64,000 nucleotides of DNA from Planctomicrobium piriforme. Its GTDB lineage: Bacteria; Planctomycetota; Planctomycetia; Pirellulales; UBA1268. The notes under the pieces are model-generated. The model made no database searches. It saw only the letters and a list, made by a program, of their open reading frames with translations, and was not told the origin of the DNA. The DNA lies in assembly GCA_945871035.1 (NCBI GenBank), contig CAMBUD010000003.1, positions 25,238 to 89,237 on the forward strand, written 5' to 3'. Position numbers and translations under genes: made by a program. Below, piece after piece: positions 51,762-61,670 of this stretch (positions are counted from its first letter, which is position 1; every line of letters begins with the position of its first letter).

Positions 51762-53477
51762 ATGCCCACTCGCGATACTCTTGGCGGAATCGTTCACACC
51801 TACCAGCGCTACGATCCTGCCCGGATCCCACCGCCCCGACCACCGGTGGCCGATCTGGTTGGTCCCGCAATGGAACACATGCTTGAATTTGGCAACCTCG
51901 ATAGTCTCAGCGAGGAACAGCTAGCCGGTGCGATCGTCCTCGATCCAGATCAGATTAAGGGGCTTGGGCCGTCACTGGACTCGCTCAAGAAAATGCTGGA
52001 GGAACAGCGGGCCAAACTTCTGCGGAAATTTGAAACAGACTCTGTCCGCAAGAAGGCACGCCGCGATTTTCGCGACGCAGCACAAAAAATACAACCGCCG
52101 GCCAAGCATCACGAAGCATTTGCGCGGGCTGTGCGCGAAGAACAACTGCGACAATTAGAGCGGCTGTGGTATGCCCAAGACAACGATCAGAGTCGCTTTG
52201 GCACGCAACTTGTGAGCCTCGTTGATCGGCTCGGCGCTGTCTATCAGATCGATGAATTGGCCTCCAAGTGGACGTTCACCGGTCGCGAGCGATTGACGGT
52301 GGCAGCGGCGCTGGAACTGAAAGCAGAGCTGGAGACAATCGAACGCTTGCTGCAGCAAGTGGAGGAGGCCCGAAAAAATGCCCGCATCGGCCTGATCGAT
52401 ATGGACGCGCTTGCCCAATACGCAGACGACGAGCAGCTCGATGCACTCGGCCAACTCAAGCGGCAGGTGGAGGATATGATCGCGCAACTCGCGGCCCAAC
52501 AGGGTCTTGATCGCACTCCGAGCGGCTACCAATTGACGCCCAAAGCCATGCGACTTTTTCAGGGAAAGTTGCTCGAACAGATCTTCTCTGCGCTCGATCC
52601 ATCGCGAACGGGCCGCCACCAGACGCGTGTGCTTGGCGACGGCGCAGTGGAGATGGTGCCCACGCGGCCTTATGAGTTTGGCGATTCTGTGGCCCACATG
52701 GATATACCAGGTTCGCTGGTCAATGCACTGCTCCGAGAAGCTGCCGAGCCTGGTGGTGGCACGCGGCCACTGCGACTGCTGCAACGCGACATCGAGGTGC
52801 ATCGCACACGAAACACGCCCAAATGCGCGACGACTGTTGTGCTCGACATGAGTGGATCGATGCGCTACGGTGGGCTGCATACCAATGTCAAGCGAATGGC
52901 ATTAGCCCTCCAAGGGCTCGTGCAAAAAGAATACCCCGGCGACTTTCTGCAATTCATCGAAATGTATTCGTTTGCCAAGCCACGCACCTTCGGCCAACTC
53001 CTCTCACTGCTACCCAAGCCTGTGACAGTGTTTGATTCGGTTGTTCGCTTGCGGGCCGACATGAGCGACCCGGCGATTTCGGAATCTGATATTCCACCCC
53101 ACTTCACGAATATTCAGCACGCCTTGCAACTCTCGCGGCAGTATCTGGGGCGGCAAGATACGCCTAACAAGCAGGCTATTATCATCACCGATGGCCTGCC
53201 CACGGCACACTTCGAGGGCAGCCAACTTTTCCTGCTCTATCCTCCGCATCCGCGCACCGAGGAAGCAACCATCCGCGAAGCCCGTGCCTGTCGCCGCGAA
53301 GGCATTACGGTCAACGTATTTTTACTGACTGGCTGGTCGCAGTCACGCGAAGATATTCAGTTTGCGTACCGGCTGGCTGAAACGGCCAAGGGTCGCGTAT
53401 TTTTTAGCGCCGGCAAGTCGCTGGATCGCTTTGTTGTCTGGGACTATCTTTCGCGTCGCCGCTCGATCCTTGGGTAG
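51762..53477 (+). CDS. von Willebrand factor type A (VWA) domain protein
   Basis: The C-terminal VWA domain has the MIDAS DMSGS (VVLDMSGSMRYGG) and IIITDGLPTA. The N-terminal half is long, helical and charged. Confidence 0.8.
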   Translation: MPTRDTLGGIVHTYQRYDPARIPPPRPPVADLVGPAMEHMLEFGNLDSLSEEQLAGAIVLDPDQIKGLGPSLDSLKKMLEEQRAKLLRKFETDSVRKKARRDFRDAAQKIQPPAKHHEAFARAVREEQLRQLERLWYAQDNDQSRFGTQLVSLVDRLGAVYQIDELASKWTFTGRERLTVAAALELKAELETIERLLQQVEEARKNARIGLIDMDALAQYADDEQLDALGQLKRQVEDMIAQLAAQQGLDRTPSGYQLTPKAMRLFQGKLLEQIFSALDPSRTGRHQTRVLGDGAVEMVPTRPYEFGDSVAHMDIPGSLVNALLREAAEPGGGTRPLRLLQRDIEVHRTRNTPKCATTVVLDMSGSMRYGGLHTNVKRMALALQGLVQKEYPGDFLQFIEMYSFAKPRTFGQLLSLLPKPVTVFDSVVRLRADMSDPAISESDIPPHFTNIQHALQLSRQYLGRQDTPNKQAIIITDGLPTAHFEGSQLFLLYPPHPRTEEATIREARACRREGITVNVFLLTGWSQSREDIQFAYRLAETAKGRVFFSAGKSLDRFVVWDYLSRRRSILG

Positions 53478-53803
53478 ATTTCACGCGTGAGCATGCCGGC
53501 AGAAACGATCGCCGCGAGTGCCGCTACCGTACCAAGCGTCCAGAGTGGCACCATCCGCGGCTTGGCAACAGCATCGGGTTCTTGCGCATCGACCGCCAAA
53601 TCAATGGGCGGCAGTCCGGCAGCGCGACGGTTCCGCTCGTGCGCCGCCTGCTCACGACCTAAAAATCGGTTCTCGATCTGCCGTTGCCGCTTGTCAAATT
53701 TTGGGGCAATGAGGGCAGTCCCAATCAGCGCCATCAGCGAAAAGAGCAACGTCCAAAGCCACGGGTTGTCGGTGAGCCGTAGCGGCTCGGGTTGGGCTTT
53801 CAT
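53444..53803 (-). CDS. hypothetical two-TM membrane protein
   Basis: Two hydrophobic helices (WLWTLLFSLMALIGTALIA, LWTLGTVAALAAIVSAGML). Its 3' end overlaps the convergent VWA gene by 34 nt. Confidence 0.4.
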   Translation of the reverse strand: MKAQPEPLRLTDNPWLWTLLFSLMALIGTALIAPKFDKRQRQIENRFLGREQAAHERNRRAAGLPPIDLAVDAQEPDAVAKPRMVPLWTLGTVAALAAIVSAGMLTREIYPRIERRRER

Positions 53804-53856
53804 CAGGACAGCATCTCCTCGGCCCGCATGCACGCATGCACAGTGGCCCTACCCAA

Positions 53857-55937
<2,081 letters not shown>

Positions 55938-55955
55938 TGCAGGCCCACAAAACTT

Positions 55956-57002
55956 ATGAAGACTCCCGTTGACTCTCCGTCTGTTGCAGAGAAACACTCC
56001 GTTGTTTCGTCTTCGATTCCCGCCCGACAGACCACGGCCTACTTAAAAAAGTTGTTTGTTCAGGTCGGCTTCAACATCGACACCAAACGGGGACAGAACT
56101 TTCTCGTCGATTTAAATCTGCTGGAGCTGCTGGAACGATCTGCCGGTATCACTGCCACAGACGTTGTGCTGGAAGTGGGCACCGGCACCGGTGCTCTCAC
56201 CGAACGACTGGCCCACGCGGCTGGGCACGTTGTCACGATTGAAATCGATCGCCGCCTGGCGCAGCTGGCACGCGACAGGCTGCTGGCTGGCTCGACCCTG
56301 CCGAGCCATTGGCTGCCGTCTGACGCACTGCCCGGCAACGCTCTGCCCGGTGGCTCATGCAATCTTGACCGCGTCACGCTTCTCGAGGGAGACGCGCTGG
56401 CATCCAAACACCGCATGGCTCCGCAGTTGGTCGCGGCAGTCGAGGCCGCAATGGCCGCGGCACCGACCGGCCGATTTTTGCTGGTGGCCAACCTGCCCTA
56501 CTGTGTGGCCACACCGGTCATCTCCAATCTGCTGGCCTTGCCCCGGCCATTTGATAGCGCGACTGTCACCGTGCAACGGGAGATGGCCGAACGCCTGACG
56601 TCCCCCGCCGGTTCCCATGCCTACAATGCGCTGTCGGTGTGGATCGGGGCGCAGTGCCGATCAGAAATCGTTCGCATCCTCCCGCCGAGCGTGTTTTGGC
56701 CGCGTCCCAAAGTCGATTCGGCAATCGTGCGACTCGATCTTGAACCCGCTCGCCGGGCCACCATCGAGAATTTGGGACGATTTCACGACTTTGTTCGGGA
56801 TGTATTCTGCCATCGGCGCAAGTTGTTGCGAGGCGTGCTTGTGCGAATCGCCGGGGGAAAGCAAAATCTAAAAGCGCGGGACTTAGTCGAAAGCGTCTAC
56901 CAATCGCTCGGATTGACTGCCTCGGTGCGGGCAGAGGAAATCCCGCCCCCTTTTTTCGTCCAATTGGAGCGGGAGTTTTACCGGCACGTGTCGCAGCTTT
57001 AA
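55956..57002 (+). CDS. rsmA: 16S rRNA (adenine1518/1519-N6)-dimethyltransferase
   Basis: KRGQNFLVD, VLEVGTGTGALTERL and ANLPYCVATP. It carries an insert of about 25 aa (LPSHWLPSDALPGNALPGGS) before the EGDAL motif. Confidence 0.85.
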   Translation: MKTPVDSPSVAEKHSVVSSSIPARQTTAYLKKLFVQVGFNIDTKRGQNFLVDLNLLELLERSAGITATDVVLEVGTGTGALTERLAHAAGHVVTIEIDRRLAQLARDRLLAGSTLPSHWLPSDALPGNALPGGSCNLDRVTLLEGDALASKHRMAPQLVAAVEAAMAAAPTGRFLLVANLPYCVATPVISNLLALPRPFDSATVTVQREMAERLTSPAGSHAYNALSVWIGAQCRSEIVRILPPSVFWPRPKVDSAIVRLDLEPARRATIENLGRFHDFVRDVFCHRRKLLRGVLVRIAGGKQNLKARDLVESVYQSLGLTASVRAEEIPPPFFVQLEREFYRHVSQL

Positions 57003-57065
57003 AATCAAAATGTGTCCTGTCGACTCTGTGGCTACCAACCAGAAACACTGCGAAGGAAATACCGT

Positions 57066-57293
57066 ATGCAATTTATCGAAATGAGCGGCCGCACATTGAT
57101 GAGCATGCTCGAACCGGACGAGGTTTCGCCCGACGAACTCCAGCAGGCAGGCCTCACCGACACATGCCTAGTGCGCATCAATGAGCAGGGGGATATCGAA
57201 GTGCGTCGCCACGGAACGTGGGACGTGATCGGTGGCCTGCTGGGTAATTTTCCGCCGCGTGCCGAACACGCCAGTGGCCGCACCTGGGCCTGA
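57066..57293 (+). CDS. hypothetical small protein (75 aa)
   Basis: ATG-initiated ORF MQFIEMSGRTLMSMLEPDEVSPDELQQAG. I recognise no motif. Its stop lies inside the first unit of the 15-bp repeat. Confidence 0.35.
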   Translation: MQFIEMSGRTLMSMLEPDEVSPDELQQAGLTDTCLVRINEQGDIEVRRHGTWDVIGGLLGNFPPRAEHASGRTWA

Positions 57294-57358
57294 TAAGTCT
57301 GGGCCTGATAAGTCTGGGCCTGATACACCCAGACCTGATAAACCCGGGCCTCACCGTA
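57284..57358. repeat. five tandem copies of a degenerating 15-bp unit
   Basis: ctgggcctgataagt, ctgggcctgataagt, ctgggcctgatacac, ccagacctgataaac, ccgggcctcaccgta. The units are head to tail, about 250 nt upstream of the FAAL fusion gene. Confidence 0.9.
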
Positions 57359-57610
57359 AAAACGGCCGATAGTGCTGCCTCGTCACAATCCGCTTTACCG
57401 GTCTAGTGCCTACTCTTTATCAGATGGAGTCGTGCGTGGCTTAAAGCGGTGCCCGAATCTACACGCCGGGTACACCGAAACTGCCGATTGTCTGGCTGGC
57501 GTGGGTACGGGTTGTTTTTGTCGACCACATCGTGCCGAAAGTGGCTGAGGGTTCTGCAGGTAAACCGTCTCGAGAGGAACGGAAGGTTGGGCTGAGGCTC
57601 AAAAACAAAC

Positions 57611-60600
57611 GTGATTCCCAATCCAAACAACGAAGCGTCGTTTGCCGAAACGATCGTGGACCTTCTGAGACAGCGGGCCAGCTACCGGCCCCATGACCGG
57701 GCGTTCACATTCCTCATTGATGGCGAAAACGAAGAACTCAATATCAGCTATGCCGAACTCGATCGAAAAGCCCGCTCGCTCGGTGCCTGGCTGATCGCCT
57801 CGGGCATGGCCGGCAAGCGGGTGCTTCTGCTCTATCCATCAGGGCTCGATTTTATTGCCGCCTTTATGGGCTGCCTCTACGGCGGTGCCATTGCAGTGCC
57901 GGCCTACCCGCCGCGAAAAAATCGGTCGGTCGAGCGGATCGAGGCAATCGCTGCCGATGCCAATGCTTCTGTGGCGCTCACCACTCGCGATGTGCTCGAT
58001 CGGTTCGACGCGTTGCGGGCCACGGCGCCGAGCCTTGAAAAGCTGCTCTGGAAAGTCGACAGTGAATTGGAAAGCGATTGGGCCGATCGCTGGCAGCGAC
58101 CAGATATCAACGGCGATACGCTAGCCTTTCTGCAATACACAAGCGGTTCAACCGGCACGCCCAAGGGGGTGATGCTGTCGCACGAAAACCTGCTCCACAA
58201 CTCGCTCGGAATCATGCAGGCCTTTGAGATCACACGCTCTCAGGCGAGCGTGTTTTGGCTACCGAGTTTCCACGACATGGGCCTGATCGGTGGGATTCTT
58301 GTGCCGCTCTATAGCGGTAAATTTAACGTGCTCATGTCGCCAGTGGCTTTTTTGCAAAAGCCGCTGCGCTGGCTGCAGGCAATCACGAAGTATCGCGCCA
58401 CCATTAGCGGCGGGCCAAACTTCGCCTACGAACTCTGCGTGCGAAAGATCACAACTGAGCAGAAACAGTCGCTCGACTTATCGAGTTGGACGTTGGCCTT
58501 CAACGGCGCGGAGCCCGTGCGACCCGAGACGATCGATGCCTTCTGCGATGCGTTTGCGCCGTACGGCTTCCGTCGTGAGGCCTTTTTCCCCTGCTATGGC
58601 CTCGCCGAAAGCACGCTGCTCGTCACCGGCGGCATGAAGTTTGAGCCACCTGTTGTCCGGACGTTCGATGCAACATCGATTGAAACAGGGACCGTGCTCA
58701 CACGCACGGGATTCGCTCCCAACTCCCGCAGACTCGTGGGCAGTGGTCGTGAACTCGACGGGCAGGACGTGCGCATTGTCGATCCGCAAGCTTGTGAGGC
58801 GTTGCCACCGGGACAGATCGGCGAGATCTGGGTGAGCGGGCCGAGTGTTGCCCAAGGCTATTGGAACCGGCCAGAGTCGAGCGCGGCGACATTTGAGGCC
58901 ATGCTTGCGCAGCCCGATACAAGATCGGCCACACAATCGGTCAAAAAATGGCAGCCCAACCCAGGGCCCTATCTACGCACTGGCGATTTAGGCTTCTTTG
59001 ATAACGGGGAATTATTTGTCACCGGCCGACTCAAGGATTTGATCATTGTCCGCGGTCGCAACCACTACCCACAGGACATTGAGCAGTCCGCCGAGATGGC
59101 CAGTCCAATCGTGCGTGCCGGATCGGTCGCGGCATTTTCCGTCGACATCGATGGGCGCGAACGGGTGGTGGTGGTTGCCGAACTCGAACGCGGCAAGCGC
59201 GAGGCAGGCGAGGTGCTGGCATCGTTCAACGCCATCCGTAAGCAGTTGGCAATCGAGCACGAGATTGCGCTGGAGGCGATTGTGTTGGTGCGGCCTAACA
59301 GCATTGCCAAAACGTCCAGTGGCAAGATTCAGCGACACGCCTGCAAACGGCAATTTTTGGAGGGGACCCTCGAAGTCGTCGAGCAGCATATTGGCTGGAT
59401 GCAGGCAGGTCAGGCCGTGGATGCTGTGCCGACAGATACCGCTGAGCCGACACGAGCTTTGCATCCGCCGGGCGAATTGCCACGACTGGCCAGGCTGCGG
59501 CCCATGGGCGATGCATCGCGGGCCATGCGACCCGACCGCGAGTTACCGCAAGACATCGTGCAGGCCGTGTTTGATCATGTGCGGCAGATCGCTAAGGATC
59601 GCGCGGGGCATCTCACGCTGGACAGCAATATTGTCGAACTCGGTCTCGATTCGCTGGAACGCATGGAGATCGTAGCCAGCCTCGAGGAAACCTTCGGCGG
59701 CCGCTTTCCCGAACAGGTTCTGCCGCAGATTGAAACGTGCCGCGAAGTGACAGAGGCGATTCTCGATCACATGCCCTTGGATGGTCGCCGGCAAGTGGCG
59801 GCGGCCCGCGTGATCGCGGAGATCGACCCCGAGACCTACGACTTCGCAAAGTTCCCCGAGGTGCGCGCGTTGGAACAGAATTTGGCAATGGTGCGCGATG
59901 CGGGGCTAGAGAATCCGTATTTCGGTGTTCACGAAGGACTCACCAACGACCGCACACGCATTGGCGGCCGCGAGATGGTGAGCTGGGCCACCTACAACTA
60001 TCTGGGCATGTCGGGGGAACCAGAAATAACCGCGGCGGCCAAAATCGCCTTGGATATCTATGGCACCAGCGTGTCGGCCAGTCGTTTGGTGTCGGGTGAG
60101 AAGGTGATCCATCAGGAACTCGAACGGGCAATCTCCAGATTCGTCGGCACCGAAGACGCGATTACGTTTGTGGGTGGTCATGCCACCAATGAAACCGTGA
60201 TCGGCCACGTGGTTGGCCCGGGCGACCTCATTCTGCACGACAGCCTGTCGCACAACAGTCTGCTGCAGGGAGCCGTGCTCTCAGGGGCCCGCCGCCGGCC
60301 CTTTCCGCACAACGATTTTGAGGCCGCCGAAAAATTGCTGGCGCAGGTGCGTAGCCAGTATCGCCGTGTGCTGGTTGTCATCGAGGGCATCTACAGCATG
60401 GATGGAGACTACTCAGACCTGCCACGCTTTGTTGCCCTTGCCAAGCGGCATAAATCGCTCTTGATGGTAGATGAGGCACATTCCATTGGCGTGATGGGCG
60501 CTCGGGGCCGTGGCATCGGTGAACACTTTGGCGTGAAACCGGCCGACGTCGATCTGTGGATGGGCACGCTGTCTAAATCGCTGGGTAGCTGCGGCGGTTA

Positions 60601-61081
60601 CATCGCCGGTTCCAAGACGCTCGTGCGCTGGCTCAAGTACACGGTGCCGGGGTTTGTCTACTCTGTTGGTCTGCCACCGGCAGCTGCCGGGGCAGCGTTG
60701 GCCGCCATAAAATTATTGGAAAAACAGCCGGAGCGGGTGGCCAAGCTGCAGGCCAATGCCAAGCTCTTTCTGCAACTGGCCCGCGAGGCTGGCCTCAATA
60801 CGGGGCCATCGGGTGGATCGGGCATTGTGCCGGTGATTCTGGGGAGCTCGATCAACAGTTTGAAATTGTCCCGCGCACTTTTTGTGCGCGGCATTAACGT
60901 GCAGCCCATCCTGTATCCAGCCGTTGAGGAACAGGCTACGCGGCTACGGTTTTTTATCACAGCGCGTCACACCTCCGAGCAGATCCGCCGCACCGTTACC
61001 GCCATGCAGGAGGAGCTATTGAAGATCGATCCGGCCTTCGCACGGCAGCCGGCCCAGAGACTGCCAGCAGCGATGCGATAA
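57611..61081 (+). CDS. tri-domain fusion: fatty acyl-AMP ligase (FAAL) / acyl carrier domain / alpha-oxoamine synthase (AONS/SPT family, PLP-dependent)
   Basis: FAAL: FLQYTSGSTGTPKGVMLSH, GEIWVSGPSVAQGYW, YLRTGDLGF, GRLKDLIIVRGRNHYPQDIE. Carrier: LGLDSLERMEI (Ser codon 59651-59653). AONS: ATYNYLGM, SRLVSGE, GGHATNE, YSMDGD, VDEAHS, and the PLP lysine in GTLSKSLGSCGGY (Lys codon 60575-60577). GTG start. Confidence 0.88.
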   Translation: MIPNPNNEASFAETIVDLLRQRASYRPHDRAFTFLIDGENEELNISYAELDRKARSLGAWLIASGMAGKRVLLLYPSGLDFIAAFMGCLYGGAIAVPAYPPRKNRSVERIEAIAADANASVALTTRDVLDRFDALRATAPSLEKLLWKVDSELESDWADRWQRPDINGDTLAFLQYTSGSTGTPKGVMLSHENLLHNSLGIMQAFEITRSQASVFWLPSFHDMGLIGGILVPLYSGKFNVLMSPVAFLQKPLRWLQAITKYRATISGGPNFAYELCVRKITTEQKQSLDLSSWTLAFNGAEPVRPETIDAFCDAFAPYGFRREAFFPCYGLAESTLLVTGGMKFEPPVVRTFDATSIETGTVLTRTGFAPNSRRLVGSGRELDGQDVRIVDPQACEALPPGQIGEIWVSGPSVAQGYWNRPESSAATFEAMLAQPDTRSATQSVKKWQPNPGPYLRTGDLGFFDNGELFVTGRLKDLIIVRGRNHYPQDIEQSAEMASPIVRAGSVAAFSVDIDGRERVVVVAELERGKREAGEVLASFNAIRKQLAIEHEIALEAIVLVRPNSIAKTSSGKIQRHACKRQFLEGTLEVVEQHIGWMQAGQAVDAVPTDTAEPTRALHPPGELPRLARLRPMGDASRAMRPDRELPQDIVQAVFDHVRQIAKDRAGHLTLDSNIVELGLDSLERMEIVASLEETFGGRFPEQVLPQIETCREVTEAILDHMPLDGRRQVAAARVIAEIDPETYDFAKFPEVRALEQNLAMVRDAGLENPYFGVHEGLTNDRTRIGGREMVSWATYNYLGMSGEPEITAAAKIALDIYGTSVSASRLVSGEKVIHQELERAISRFVGTEDAITFVGGHATNETVIGHVVGPGDLILHDSLSHNSLLQGAVLSGARRRPFPHNDFEAAEKLLAQVRSQYRRVLVVIEGIYSMDGDYSDLPRFVALAKRHKSLLMVDEAHSIGVMGARGRGIGEHFGVKPADVDLWMGTLSKSLGSCGGYIAGSKTLVRWLKYTVPGFVYSVGLPPAAAGAALAAIKLLEKQPERVAKLQANAKLFLQLAREAGLNTGPSGGSGIVPVILGSSINSLKLSRALFVRGINVQPILYPAVEEQATRLRFFITARHTSEQIRRTVTAMQEELLKIDPAFARQPAQRLPAAMR

Positions 61082-61150
61082 GTGGCAGTACGGTGGCTCT
61101 GATTGCGAAGCCGCTACTCAGAGCCGGCCGCTGGGCTTATAACGGGAGTC

Positions 61151-61639
61151 ATGCCCCTAGCCCCGATTGAAACCACCAGCCACCGGCTCGTTCTGCCGGC
61201 CGATGCCAACCACCACGGCACGCTCTACGCCGGGAGCCTGCTGCGGTATGCGCTGGAAACGGCGTATGCAGCGGGCTGCCGAAGCACTGGACCGGGGGCC
61301 AACCTCATGCTCCGCCGCGTGGTCAATCTGGAGTGCCGACGCAGTGTGCCGGTGGGATCGCTTGTAGAGATTCGCGGTGCTGTGATCCACGTGCGGCAGT
61401 GCTACCTCGTGGTGGGCGTGGTGGGCATGCCACTGGCGGGCCACACGCTGCCGTGGATGGACGGCCTGCTGGGGTTTGTGCAAGTGGATACTGCCGGGCT
61501 GCCGGTGGAACTGCCGGGGGAGATTCAAACCGTTGGCCAGGCACCCCTCTGGCAGCCGCTGCTCTCGCGACACGAAAAGCTCGCCCAAAACAGAGGCGCC
61601 ACGGCCGACTGGATCGATGCCGGCTTTGATCGGGAGTGA
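61151..61639 (+). CDS. hotdog-fold acyl-CoA/acyl-ACP thioesterase
   Basis: LVLPADANHHGTLYAGSLLRYALETAYA resembles the YciA/Acot-type hotdog thioesterase N-terminus. Same strand, about 70 nt after the fusion gene. Confidence 0.65.
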   Translation: MPLAPIETTSHRLVLPADANHHGTLYAGSLLRYALETAYAAGCRSTGPGANLMLRRVVNLECRRSVPVGSLVEIRGAVIHVRQCYLVVGVVGMPLAGHTLPWMDGLLGFVQVDTAGLPVELPGEIQTVGQAPLWQPLLSRHEKLAQNRGATADWIDAGFDRE

Positions 61640-61670
61640 TGGGCAGTGGTGCCGCTGCGCACCCGACTGC

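Noticed and set aside
57032-57630. Minus-strand ORFs 57032-57328 (YQAQTYQAQTYQAQV) and 57403-57630 in the region upstream of the FAAL fusion gene.
   Set aside because: The first is simply the tandem 15-bp repeat read in reverse, and it overlaps the plus-strand small ORF. The second overlaps the fusion-gene start, has no recognisable motif, and has no convincing ribosome-binding site.
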